Below, one piece after another: positions 28,734-38,285 of a DNA stretch of 64,000 nt (position 1 is its first letter; the number at the start of each line of letters is the position of its first letter). A program made the position numbers and the translations under genes. The notes beneath the pieces were generated by a model that saw nothing but the letters and a program-made list of their open reading frames with translations, was not told where the DNA came from and did not search any database. The DNA comes from a bacterium (GTDB lineage Bacteria; SAR324; XYD2-FULL-50-16; G965216635). The stretch is from the NCBI GenBank assembly GCA_965216635.1, contig OZ244188.1, positions 136,001-200,000 on the forward strand. Reading direction: 5' to 3'.

Positions 28734-29264
28734 TTGAATCAAATTATGTTTAGATTTTTAAAAAAAGTTTTTAAAGCAAAGAGTGGTTTTAGCCATTTAG
28801 ACGTAAGCGGAAAAGCAAAAATGGTTAGCGTGGTAGAAAAAAAGAGAAGTCATAGAGTAGCCTGTGCAAGAGCAATAATCAAAGCAAGTAGTGAGTTAAT
28901 AGAAAAATTGAAACAGAACGATTTGAAAAAAGGAGATACTATTACAGTGGCTAAAGTTGCTGGAATCAGTGCTGCTAAAAAAACTTCTGATTTAATTCCT
29001 CTTTGTCACTCCCTGCCTTTAGAAAATGTTACCCTAGATATAGAATACAACGGTAATCAGATTCGTATTCAAAGCAAGGTAGAATGTTATGGCAAGACCG
29101 GCGTAGAAATGGAAGCCTTGACTGCAGTTTCAGTAGCTGCTTTGACTATTTACGATATGTGCAAATCCATAGACAAAAGCATTATTGTTGAAAAACAAGG
29201 ACTGTATTCCAAAACAGGAGGTAAGTCTGGTGATTTTTTAAATTCTGCAATGGAGTGGAATTAG
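28734..29264 (+). CDS. moaC: Cyclic pyranopterin monophosphate synthase accessory protein MoaC (molybdenum cofactor biosynthesis)
   Basis: Conserved MoaC motifs (…HLDVSGKAKMVSV…, TGVEMEALTAVSVAALTIYDMCKS). Confidence 0.8.
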   Translation: MNQIMFRFLKKVFKAKSGFSHLDVSGKAKMVSVVEKKRSHRVACARAIIKASSELIEKLKQNDLKKGDTITVAKVAGISAAKKTSDLIPLCHSLPLENVTLDIEYNGNQIRIQSKVECYGKTGVEMEALTAVSVAALTIYDMCKSIDKSIIVEKQGLYSKTGGKSGDFLNSAMEWN

Positions 29265-29445
29265 TCGGGGAAAATCAAATTTGGGAATTATCTTCTTGTT
29301 AGGAAGCAAGAATGAAAAAAAAATAAAGAAATTTTCTAAAATCACTAAAAGTGAAAAGTAAGAAATAGATAAATTATCATCAAATACATTTTTAAGAATG
29401 AACCTCAAAAACTTGCCTAGAAATTTTATTATTCTATATTACTCC

Positions 29446-29612
29446 TATAGACTTTTGAATTTGCGTTCTGTTTAGCCTATACATCGTTAAAAAAAATTGT
29501 CCCTTGAAATACTTGAGTATTGCTGCGAGCCAAATTTTTTTCGCACCTGTTCTAACCATTTGGCTAGCCTTCGCAGCTGGTTTTGTCCTATTTGGTAAAT
29601 TCAAAGGTCTAT
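29446..29612. mobile_element. Full-length MITE-like element (167 bp) with inverted termini TATAGACTTTTGAATTTG … AAATTCAAAGGTCTAT
   Basis: Terminal inverted repeats seen directly; related to copies at 16384, 59556, 61841. Confidence 0.7.
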
Positions 29613-29789
29613 CCTATTTTTTTGGATAATATTTTAGACAAATTTCTTTGTTTTTCTTTAAAAATCCCTATTTATAAGATATTTTTTGATTTTTAAAGCA
29701 ATTTACTCTTATAATTCTTAAAACAAACTTGACAAAAATTTTAAAATTCTTATGCTTTATTATAATTTCAAACTACTTATTTTTAAAAA

Positions 29790-30056
29790 ATGAAACCACA
29801 AGGTGAAGTAAGAATAGACAATGCGGTATTGGTAGCTAGTTTACTGGCTTATTACCGTAAATCTGTTTCTGACGAAAATAAGAATATACTAAAAAAAATC
29901 ATTAAAGATTTTAAAAATGATCCTAAAAATATTCCTCACGATATTGATAGATTTTGCAGATATTTGGAGATGGATAAAAACCTTATGGGTAGTTTGAAAA
30001 CAATGTCTCCTTTAGAAAGAATATTGACATTTCCTAGGAAAGGCAAAAAAAGCTAG
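29790..30056 (+). CDS. Hypothetical protein (88 aa)
   Basis: ORF track only. Confidence 0.3.
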   Translation: MKPQGEVRIDNAVLVASLLAYYRKSVSDENKNILKKIIKDFKNDPKNIPHDIDRFCRYLEMDKNLMGSLKTMSPLERILTFPRKGKKS

Positions 30057-30405
30057 AGAAATCGGATTAAGTGTATGTTTTCTAACATTATTTTCTTGTT
30101 TAAATTTATTTCTAACTCAATTAAAGCGCTATACTTGACAAATTATTTTCTTATGGTTATAATAAACCTAAATTTCAACTAAGAACTGCATTGTTTAAGA
30201 CAGTCGGCACCAGTTATCTTAATTTATTAAGGCTATCTTAATTTATTAAGGTAGAGGAAGGTTTAAAAATGCCTACCGAGACGATTTTCCAAATCATTGG
30301 ACAGGGATTAATTAAGATTGCTGAATTAGGGATTCTAGTTCAATAGTCTCTAATGCCTACCGTCTCACCTGCCTTTTACCTGCATTTCTACAACATTAAA
30401 AAACA

Positions 30406-30936
30406 TTGTTAACTAGGAAAAACAAAGAAGAACTGTTAACTGAATACAGTGAGATTTTTAATAATCTTTCTTCAGGTATTTTTATAGATTATAAAGGTCT
30501 GACTGTTTTAGAGATTACAGAATTTAGAAAAAAACTAGCAGTGAGTGGTTCTTACTTTAGAGTATTGAAAAATCGTATTGCAAAACGAGCGTTAGCTTCT
30601 TCTCCTTTAAAGGAAGTCGCGAAGGAATTAGTGGAAACTAAAGCACTTATCTACGGTAAAACCGATATGGTGACTTTGGCTAAATTGGTTTGCGGACAAC
30701 TAAGCAGACTGGATAAATGCCAATTAATTAGCGGTTTTACTCTTGAAAAGGAGCAGGTAGAACTTCTTGACGAAAAAAAAGTTGTGGTTATGAGCAAATT
30801 AGCTTCTAAAGAAGAGTTATTGAGTAAATTACTTTTCTTACTCAATGCTCCATTGACAAATTTGGCAAGAGTGCTCAATGAGGTTCCGGCTAAGTTTGTG
30901 CGTTTATTGTCGGCAGTCGCTGATAGTAAAAAATAA
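30406..30936 (+). CDS. rplJ: 50S ribosomal protein L10
   Basis: 176 aa; typical L10 N-terminal region; followed by rplL. Confidence 0.8.
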   Translation: MLTRKNKEELLTEYSEIFNNLSSGIFIDYKGLTVLEITEFRKKLAVSGSYFRVLKNRIAKRALASSPLKEVAKELVETKALIYGKTDMVTLAKLVCGQLSRLDKCQLISGFTLEKEQVELLDEKKVVVMSKLASKEELLSKLLFLLNAPLTNLARVLNEVPAKFVRLLSAVADSKK

Positions 30937-30968
30937 TAAAACCTTTAAATATAATTAAAAAAAAAAAT

Positions 30969-31355
30969 ATGACAACAATAACACAAGATCAGTTGATTGA
31001 GCATATTTCTAAAATGAGTGTTTTAGAAGTATCGGAGTTGGTTAAAGCATTAGAAGAAAAATTTGGTGTAAGCGCAGCCGCCATTGTATCTGCTCCAGCA
31101 GGTGGTGGACAGGTAGCAGAAGCTGTAGAAGAAAAAACAGAATTTGATATAATTCTTAAATCTGCAGGTCCTAATAAAATTGCTGTCATCAAAGCAGTTC
31201 GTGTTTTAAATTCTGCTTTAGGCTTGAAAGAGGCTAAAGATTTGGTAGAATCTGCTAGTGATAATACAAAAATTAAGGAAGCAGTAAAAAAAGAAGAAGC
31301 TGAGGAAATCGTCAAAAAAATTAATGCTACAGGAGCAGAAGCTATTTTGGTTTAA
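30969..31355 (+). CDS. rplL: 50S ribosomal protein L7/L12
   Basis: 128 aa; Ala-rich hinge; C-terminal domain …[22 protein letters not shown]…. Confidence 0.9.
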   Translation: MTTITQDQLIEHISKMSVLEVSELVKALEEKFGVSAAAIVSAPAGGGQVAEAVEEKTEFDIILKSAGPNKIAVIKAVRVLNSALGLKEAKDLVESASDNTKIKEAVKKEEAEEIVKKINATGAEAILV

Positions 31356-31420
31356 TTATTTCGGATATTTTTTAGCTTTAAAAATAGGACTTTTTGTCCA
31401 ATTTTCTACTTCCTATCTAA

Positions 31421-31504
31421 GCCGAGGTGGTGAAATTGGTAGACACGCTGGACTCAAAATTCAGTAGACGCAAGTCTGTGTCGGTTCAAGTCCGACCCTC
31501 GGCA
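31421..31504 (+). tRNA. tRNA-Leu (anticodon CAA), long variable arm
   Basis: Cloverleaf by hand: 7-bp acceptor GCCGAGG/CCTCGGC, anticodon stem CTGGA/TTCAG with loop CTCAAAA, variable arm, T-arm GTCGG TTCAAGT CCGAC; no encoded CCA. Confidence 0.8.
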
Positions 31505-31531
31505 CTTGCATTTTGTGAAAGAATCTATATT

Positions 31532-32710
31532 ATGATATCTTCTCAAATCTCAGAATTTATTCAAAACTCTTCTTGGATTCGCAGAATGTTTGAGGCGGGA
31601 GACGAGATGAGAAAGAGCCTCGGAGAAGAAAATGTTTTTGATTTTTCTTTAGGCAATCCTTGCTTAAAGCCTCCTATAGAAGTGGTGAATGCCTGGATAA
31701 AACATCTACAAAAAAAAAATAGCCATAGCTATACTTCTAATGCAGGGCTTTGGGAAACTAGAGAATTTATTGCACAAAGATTAAAATGCGAGACTTCTCT
31801 TGATTTTACAGCGGATTTAATTACTCTTTGCTGTGGTGCTGGTGGGGGGTTGAATGTTGTTCTACATTCGCTTTTAAACTCGGAAGAAGAGGTTTTAGTT
31901 TCACGACCCTATTTCCCCGAATATTTTTTTTATGCATTCAATCACAGTGGGGTTTTAAAAACAGTCTCAAGCAAACAAAATTTCCAGTTAGATTTAGATA
32001 GTATTGAAAAAAGCTTGTCTAAAAAAACAAAAGTTTTTTTAATCAATTCTCCCAACAATCCTACAGGTGTAGTTTATCAAAAAGAAGATATTCAAAAATT
32101 GGGTTTGCTTTTAGAAAATTATACGCAAAAAAATGGCACATTCATTTACCTTGTATCCGATGAGCCTTATGCAAAAATTATTTACGACGGTGTAAAAAAT
32201 CCGTCAGTTTTTGATTGTTATCAAAATTCTATACGGGTAACTTCTCACTCCAAAGACCTTTCTTTAGCTGGAGAAAGAATAGGATATATAGCCTTGCATC
32301 CAGAAATCCAAGAAAAAGAAAAATTGGTAGAAGCCTGTGGTTTTTCCAATCGCACACTAGGTTTTGTGAATGCTCCAGCTACAATGCAAGCAATTTTACC
32401 AAAAATTTTTGATTTAGCACTAGATTTAGACTACTACCTTGCTTTGAGAAATCTCTTATACGACAGATTGACAAAAATAGGTTACAAAATGCAAAAACCA
32501 CAGGGAGCCTTTTACCTATTCCCAGAATCTTTAGAAAAAGATGATTTGTCTTTTATAAAAAAAGCACTAGAGTTTGGTATTCTTTTAGTTCCGGGATCTG
32601 GATTTGGAATGCCTTCACACTTTCGTTTGTCTTACGCTGTAGATAAATCTATGGCAGAAAGATCACTTTGTGCTTTTGAAGAACTGTTTAACTATTATAA
32701 GAAAAGGTGA
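31532..32710 (+). CDS. Class I/II pyridoxal-phosphate-dependent aminotransferase (aspartate/aromatic or LL-DAP-type; subtype not resolved). ORF-track start 31427 is an artefact overlapping the tRNA
   Basis: 392 aa from MISSQ…; fold-type I aminotransferase features (…SHSKDLSLAGERIGY…). Confidence 0.65.
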   Translation: MISSQISEFIQNSSWIRRMFEAGDEMRKSLGEENVFDFSLGNPCLKPPIEVVNAWIKHLQKKNSHSYTSNAGLWETREFIAQRLKCETSLDFTADLITLCCGAGGGLNVVLHSLLNSEEEVLVSRPYFPEYFFYAFNHSGVLKTVSSKQNFQLDLDSIEKSLSKKTKVFLINSPNNPTGVVYQKEDIQKLGLLLENYTQKNGTFIYLVSDEPYAKIIYDGVKNPSVFDCYQNSIRVTSHSKDLSLAGERIGYIALHPEIQEKEKLVEACGFSNRTLGFVNAPATMQAILPKIFDLALDLDYYLALRNLLYDRLTKIGYKMQKPQGAFYLFPESLEKDDLSFIKKALEFGILLVPGSGFGMPSHFRLSYAVDKSMAERSLCAFEELFNYYKKR

Positions 32711-34272
32711 AAATATATCTATTTGATACTACTCTCAGGGATGGAACTCAAGGCGAGGATGTTTCTTTTAGTTTAGAAGACAAACTTAATATCGCAAAAG
32801 CCTTAGATAATTTTGGCATTCACTACATAGAAGCAGGTTGGCCCGGCTCTAATCCTAAAGATATTGAATTTTTTCAGAGAGCAAAAAAAATCAAATTTAA
32901 AAATGCTAAAATCACTGCTTTTGGCTCTACTAGAAAAGCGAATGTGGCTTGTGAAATGGATAACAATTTACAAGCTATTTTAGAAGTCCAACCAAAAGTA
33001 GCCTGTATTTTTGGGAAATCGTGGGATTTTCATGTCAAAACCGCACTCAGAACAAATTTAGAAGAAAATCTAAAAATGATTTCCAGTTCCATCCGCTATC
33101 TAAAGAAAAACCTCAAAGAAGTGATTTATGATGCAGAACATTTTTTTGATGGCTATAAAAATAATCCCGAATACGCTTTAAAAACGATCCAAGTAGCAGC
33201 TGATGCAGGTGCAGATTTTATCGTGCTTTGCGATACTAATGGAGGTGCTTTAAGTTGGGAAATAGAAAAAATTCTAAACGAAGCAAAAAACTATTGCAGT
33301 AAAAAAATAGGCATTCACGCCCACAACGATGGTGAAATGGCAGTAGCTAATAGTCTTGTAGCCTTGCGTAACGGGGCAGAGATGGTGCAAGGGACAATCA
33401 ACGGAATTGGAGAAAGATGCGGTAATGCAAACCTTATTAGTATTATAGCTAATTTACAACTGAAGATGGGATATAAAATTTTACCTGCGAAAAAAATAAC
33501 AACTTTAAGTAATTTAAGCCACTCTATAAGAGAATTTGCTAATTTGGACGAATGGAAAAATCAGCCTTTTGTCGGCAAAAGTGCTTTTGCCCATAAAGGA
33601 GGAATCCATGTTTCAGCTGTGCAAAAAAATGCAACAAGCTACGAGCATATAGAACCAGAACAAGTAGGCAATAGTAGACGCATTTTAGTGAGTGAGCTTA
33701 GTGGTATATCCAATATTCGTTGGAAAATTAAAGAACAAAATTTTAAAATAAACGAAAACGACCCCGAGCTAAAAAAAATTGTAAGCGAACTCAAAAAATC
33801 AGAAAATACAGGTTATTCTTATGAGGGAGCAGATGCTAGTTTGGAATTACTGACACTCCGTAGCAAAAAAATGCTTAAAGAATATTTTGTTTTGGAAGGC
33901 TACCAAGTTTATGACGGTAGGAGAAATCAAGAAAAAGATTCTTATACAGAAGCGAGTATAAAAATCAGTGTTAAAGAAAAAATTTTTCATACCGCAAGTA
34001 GTGGGGATGGACCTGTAGATGCCCTCAATAAATCTTTAAGAAAAGCTCTTAGCAATTTTTTTCCTCGTATACGCTCTGTTCATTTACAAGACTACAAGGT
34101 GCGGATTTTGGATAAAAATAAAGGCACTGCAGCACAGACTAGAGTTTTGATTACCTGTAGCGATGGCAAACAAAATTGGACAACAGTAGGCGTTGATAAA
34201 GATATTATCAGGGCTTCTTATATTGCTCTTACCGATTCTTACATCTACAAACTTTACAAAACAAAGGCTTAG
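32707..34272 (+). CDS. cimA: (R)-citramalate synthase / LeuA-family alpha-isopropylmalate-synthase homolog (CimA-type, short form)
   Basis: N-terminal DTTLRDGTQGE…GWPGSNPKD motif characteristic of the CimA branch; HxH metal site (IHAHND); 521 aa. Confidence 0.65.
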   Translation: MKIYLFDTTLRDGTQGEDVSFSLEDKLNIAKALDNFGIHYIEAGWPGSNPKDIEFFQRAKKIKFKNAKITAFGSTRKANVACEMDNNLQAILEVQPKVACIFGKSWDFHVKTALRTNLEENLKMISSSIRYLKKNLKEVIYDAEHFFDGYKNNPEYALKTIQVAADAGADFIVLCDTNGGALSWEIEKILNEAKNYCSKKIGIHAHNDGEMAVANSLVALRNGAEMVQGTINGIGERCGNANLISIIANLQLKMGYKILPAKKITTLSNLSHSIREFANLDEWKNQPFVGKSAFAHKGGIHVSAVQKNATSYEHIEPEQVGNSRRILVSELSGISNIRWKIKEQNFKINENDPELKKIVSELKKSENTGYSYEGADASLELLTLRSKKMLKEYFVLEGYQVYDGRRNQEKDSYTEASIKISVKEKIFHTASSGDGPVDALNKSLRKALSNFFPRIRSVHLQDYKVRILDKNKGTAAQTRVLITCSDGKQNWTTVGVDKDIIRASYIALTDSYIYKLYKTKA

Positions 34273-34306
34273 TTTTGTATAAAAAAAGTAGATAGAGCAA
34301 AGATTT

Positions 34307-34624
34307 TTACATTTGCATATCTTTAATTTGTGCTAATTCAATATTAGCGCTTTCGTCTAATGGACATTTTTTTGCTATTTCAATAGCTTCTTCCATACTG
34401 TCTGCCTTAATAATAGTATAACCATTAACTGGATTACTTCCACCATCGTCTACTACTGACTTGTCGCCTTTCACAGTTTTGGAAGGACCTACTGGAGCTC
34501 CCGTATCATGAATAGCTTCACCTATAGATATGAACCAATCTTTCCACTGTTTCATTATTTTATCTCCTTCTTCTTTACTTTCTGGTTTTTTACCTCCGTG
34601 GTAAACGAATAGATATTTTGACAT
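34307..34624 (-). CDS. Small alpha/beta-barrel protein, YciI/Dabb-like (105 aa)
   Basis: Weak pattern similarity only. Confidence 0.25.
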   Translation of the reverse strand: MSKYLFVYHGGKKPESKEEGDKIMKQWKDWFISIGEAIHDTGAPVGPSKTVKGDKSVVDDGGSNPVNGYTIIKADSMEEAIEIAKKCPLDESANIELAQIKDMQM

Positions 34625-34764
34625 TTTATTTTTTGTTTATAATTTTTGTGATATTTACAGAGATTTTTTGCATTGATTTTAGTTCAAACAAAAACACTCA
34701 CTTTTCAGTAAAAAAACTATCAAAAAAAAATCTATTTTGCAATAGTATTTTTAATAAGTTCAGA

Positions 34765-35226
34765 TTAAAACTGATTTGGGGTTGTTTGGCGGAGAGCTTC
34801 AAAAGCTACAATAGCTACAGCACTAGAGAGGTTATAACTGCGAAGTCCTTTATTAAAGATGGGAATAGTATAACAACGAGCCTTATGCTCGCCTAGTATT
34901 TGTTTGCCTAAACCTGTAATTTCGCTTCCAAAAATCAAAAAATCGTCTTTTTGAAACTTTATGCGGGTATAAGGTTTGTTACTTTTTGTTGTTAGTAGAT
35001 AGTAATTTTTTCCCTTTAGATTTTTAAGATAAGTTGCGCTATCTTCAAAATAGCTATAATCCACTAAATGCCAATAGTCTAAGCCTGCTCTTTTTAGGTG
35101 CTTGTCTGTCAGCTCAAAACCCAGCTTACCTACTAAATGTAGACGAATATTAGTGCCAGCGCAAAGACGGGCAATATTACCAGTATTGGGAGGGATTTGG
35201 GGATTGATTAGGGTAATAGTCAACAT
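34765..35226 (-). CDS. trmL: tRNA (cytidine(34)/5-carboxymethylaminomethyluridine(34)-2'-O)-methyltransferase TrmL (SpoU family)
   Basis: 153 aa; N-terminal IPPNTGNIARLCAGT motif and C-terminal SLNLSSAVAIVAFEALRQ. Confidence 0.8.
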   Translation of the reverse strand: MLTITLINPQIPPNTGNIARLCAGTNIRLHLVGKLGFELTDKHLKRAGLDYWHLVDYSYFEDSATYLKNLKGKNYYLLTTKSNKPYTRIKFQKDDFLIFGSEITGLGKQILGEHKARCYTIPIFNKGLRSYNLSSAVAIVAFEALRQTTPNQF

Positions 35227-35254
35227 TACTATTTTTGGGAGTGTTATAATTTAG

Positions 35255-35340
35255 TATAGACTTTTGAATTTGCCAAATAGGACAAAACCAGCTATGACGT
35301 TTTGCTTCAAGCAAAATTCCCTGAAATACCAGCTCGCACT
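35255..35340. mobile_element. Partial MITE-like element (5' terminus TATAGACTTTTGAATTTG only)
   Basis: Seen directly. Confidence 0.5.
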
Positions 35341-35419
35341 ATAGCTACAGTTCTAAATAGAGAAGAAAAAAAAGAAGTAGCATGAAGTTAAGGTGGATTT
35401 AAAATAAAATGTTCAAGGA

Positions 35420-35566
35420 GTGAAAAAGGATTTAAAAGAAGGGTTTGCAAAAATAGATAAAGAAATCCAAAAACTTAAAACGGAGATTATTCTTATAAAA
35501 TGGACACTGGTCCTGGTTCTTGTAGCGGTGGTTATTCCTATTTTACAAAATATTTTTAGATTTTAG
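35420..35566 (+). pseudogene. Orphan 48-codon reading frame (VKKDLKEGFAKIDKEIQKLKTEIILIKWTLVLVLVAVVIPILQNIFRF*) resembling the coiled-coil + C-terminal TM cassette of the Bdr-like family (XhlA-like architecture). No in-frame ATG
   Basis: Manual translation; resembles the …ESRVHIIKWVIATTLTSTGILIVIIFGLLQFLKVAA cassette of genes 52873-53451 and 55738-56238. Confidence 0.35.
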
Positions 35567-35671
35567 AGGCAGGTTTTTATTTTCTGATTTTTGAATTTGT
35601 CAATAAAAGGGCATCACAACAAACATATGCCCTATTATAATATCTAACTGCGAGGCACTTCTTTTTGTAAA

Positions 35672-36517
35672 TTATTCTTCACCCCTAATATGCAAAAATA
35701 CTGGAAAACGGGGTATTCCTTTTTTTGTAAAACCTTGATAACGAAAGGTCACGCGGCTTCCTAATGGCGGTGGATTTTTTCTTTGAGCATCACTCAAACC
35801 ACTGCCAATATAAAAAACAACACCATCGTCTCCTTGAACCTTGAGAGAGCCTACCATTTGGGAAAATTTTCCTTTTCCTTTTTTATAACCCAAAACTGTA
35901 GCTTCAGCGTCGTTATAAGGTTTCAGTTTTAGCAAATCTTGACTTCGTCCTTTTTTATAGAGTGCAGTTTTTTTGTGTAGCATCAAGCCTTCACCTCCTC
36001 TATCTATTGTATTTTTTAATTGCTGCATTAATTGAGCTTCATCTGCGACCTGATTTTGCTGGACGAGTTTCAAGTAGGCAGAGCTATTCGTTTTTACTAT
36101 TTTTCTCATTTGCTTTAGTCTTGTATCAAAAATCCCTGAATTTTTCGGCGAATCAAAAATCCAAAAAGCGATTTCTTGCCAGCCTTTGTGAGGTTTGTCT
36201 TGGCTAACGACAGAAAAAATGTCTTCGTATTTTTTATTTACTGCCCATAATTCTCCGTCTAGAGCTATTTTTGGAAATAATGCAGTGAACCAAATCGGTG
36301 CATCAAAAACTTTACCTCCTCGTGAAATAAGCTGTTTTCCATCCCAATGAGCCCTCACTCCATCTAGTTTTTCGCTGACCCAATATTGAGTAACATCAAT
36401 GTTCTCAGAATAGATTTTTGCTAACATTAAATCGGGAGATTTTTCTTTTTTACTAAAAGAAGAAAAAGTAAAAAAGAATAGTAGCAAGCAACTATAGAAA
36501 AAAATTTGTTTAATCAT
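35672..36517 (-). CDS. Minimal ATP-dependent DNA ligase with N-terminal signal peptide (Lig E-type, predicted periplasmic)
   Basis: KxDG adenylation motif (SEKLDGVRAHWDG), about 280 aa, cleavable-looking signal MIKQIFFYSCLLLFFFTFSSFS. Confidence 0.7.
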   Translation of the reverse strand: MIKQIFFYSCLLLFFFTFSSFSKKEKSPDLMLAKIYSENIDVTQYWVSEKLDGVRAHWDGKQLISRGGKVFDAPIWFTALFPKIALDGELWAVNKKYEDIFSVVSQDKPHKGWQEIAFWIFDSPKNSGIFDTRLKQMRKIVKTNSSAYLKLVQQNQVADEAQLMQQLKNTIDRGGEGLMLHKKTALYKKGRSQDLLKLKPYNDAEATVLGYKKGKGKFSQMVGSLKVQGDDGVVFYIGSGLSDAQRKNPPPLGSRVTFRYQGFTKKGIPRFPVFLHIRGEE

Positions 36518-36632
36518 TTTTTATGAAAGGTAATGTGAAAATTTTTATTTAAAATAATATTTCAACTCTGATAGTGGGATTTGCCCATTTACAAAGTTCA
36601 TTGAAGTTTGTTCTCGGGTGCTTAAGTCTTTA

Positions 36633-38285
36633 CTACTCTATTCGCCAAGTTTTGACTGCGATTTCAGCTAATTTTACTTGTCTAGAATTGATTTCTGCAA
36701 GTTTCCATTCTGTATAATTTTCAATATTACGATTGATAGAATATTTACTTTTAAGCAGGATCTTTTTTTTTTTTTCAAAGTCTTCTTGACCTGGATTTTC
36801 TTTGCTTGGTAATAAAGCCATATTGCCTAATCTTTGATTGCATTGCCCCCAATCATTTCCAAAATAATCTATCCATTCTTCTTGTGGGTTAAGAGGCAAA
36901 ATATGCTCTACTGTTAGATCTGTTTCACTAATGTTTTTTTTACTCTCAAATTCTTCTAATCTTGCCAATAGATAGCAAGCTCTCTTATTAGATTTTTTTG
37001 TAGGCATTACCTTTTCCTCAAAGTTCTGCTTAAAAATTTTATCGTTTGGATAAAGTGTTAATAATTTTTCTTTTACAGCATCAATTTTACAGCCTTTGGT
37101 AATAGCAACACAAATATCATTATAAAGAATTTCTTGTTCACCTGAATGTCCTCGACCAATTATATTGTAGCGTAAAGATAAAACACAAACCCATTCCAAG
37201 ATAATGTGAAAATCCTGTTTAAATTTCAAATAGCTTGCAAGTAATAGACTAATAGGCTTGCGAACACCAAATAAATGTAAGAATGAAATATTTTTTTTAA
37301 TCTTTCCAACTTGTTGATTAATCTTGTAGTCTTTCCAAAACTCACTATTTTCACTTACTAAAGCTCCATATAGATAACAGTCTGCAACAAGTTTATTGAG
37401 ATATTCATCCGACTGTTCTTTTTGCTGGATTTCTTGCCTGATGGCTCTAAATAGATGATTTTGACGCACCAGTTTATGATGATTATTCCAGTGAGCTAAT
37501 ATATATTCTGTATAGCTTTTTCCCGAAATATTTGCTCCTATTTTTTCCCATTTTTCATCCCATTCGTCCAAAATATTATCAGGGGTATCCCCCTCATCAT
37601 CAATTTTAGAAAATAGATAATTTTTTAATAAATCAGCAGAGGAAAGTTTTACCCCTCTTGCGTTGAGAGTTTCAAATATCTTGTAAGCATTAAGTTCATC
37701 TCCTATGTAAAGTGTTGTAAAAAACATTCTATTTGTCATTTTATTAACTAGACTGCTAATTTTTTCTCCTTCACTAATAGCAGCAAATTTTTCACTAAAA
37801 AAATCTATTGATTTTCTCATCAAACTCACAGTTTCTTTTACATTTCGTCTGGGGATTTCGTTTTCGTCTACTGCACTGCGGTAGTGATAATCATTATTAC
37901 GATTGAGCTTTAGTTTGTTTTCTACACGTAAATAGACTAAATCTTTCGTACCAATAAAGTTTTTTAGTAGCTCGTCTGCTCGTTCTTTGTCATCGATTTT
38001 TTTCAGTCTTTTAATGGCTGCTAAAATCAATAAAGAAAAGGTAGTTAATCGCTGTTGCCCATCAATCACTTTGTAGAAACGTTCTTCTGTTTCTTCTAAT
38101 ACAAGATAGCCCATATAATGATACTCTTCTTCAGAATTAACAAGCTCTATATCTTCCCATAAATCTCTCCAATGTTCATTTTCCCAAGAATAGTCTCTTT
38201 GAAATTTTGGAACTAAGTATTTTTTACCATTGCCAAATATATCTCTCAGACTCTCATCTTTAGGATTAACTATTACTTTTGGCAT
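36633..38285 (-). CDS. GmrSD-like Type IV restriction endonuclease (DUF262 ParB-like N-domain + DUF1524 His-Me finger C-domain)
   Basis: N-terminal FQRDYSWE…DGQQRLTT (DUF262 signature), C-terminal EHILP…N…H-type HNH-like motif (DUF1524); 550 aa. Confidence 0.7.
   Translation of the reverse strand: MPKVIVNPKDESLRDIFGNGKKYLVPKFQRDYSWENEHWRDLWEDIELVNSEEEYHYMGYLVLEETEERFYKVIDGQQRLTTFSLLILAAIKRLKKIDDKERADELLKNFIGTKDLVYLRVENKLKLNRNNDYHYRSAVDENEIPRRNVKETVSLMRKSIDFFSEKFAAISEGEKISSLVNKMTNRMFFTTLYIGDELNAYKIFETLNARGVKLSSADLLKNYLFSKIDDEGDTPDNILDEWDEKWEKIGANISGKSYTEYILAHWNNHHKLVRQNHLFRAIRQEIQQKEQSDEYLNKLVADCYLYGALVSENSEFWKDYKINQQVGKIKKNISFLHLFGVRKPISLLLASYLKFKQDFHIILEWVCVLSLRYNIIGRGHSGEQEILYNDICVAITKGCKIDAVKEKLLTLYPNDKIFKQNFEEKVMPTKKSNKRACYLLARLEEFESKKNISETDLTVEHILPLNPQEEWIDYFGNDWGQCNQRLGNMALLPSKENPGQEDFEKKKKILLKSKYSINRNIENYTEWKLAEINSRQVKLAEIAVKTWRIE

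Noticed and set aside
31427-31531. ORF-track start of the aminotransferase at 31427 (MVKLVDTLDSKFSRRK…)
   Set aside because: This N-terminal extension is the translation of the tRNA-Leu gene; the real start is the internal Met at 31532
36600-36640. Possible phage/integrase-associated island around LigE-GmrSD-hisS
   Set aside because: No integrase, direct repeats or tRNA-flanked boundaries are visible; the MITE fragment at 35255 is the only mobile signature, so an island call is not supportable from sequence alone
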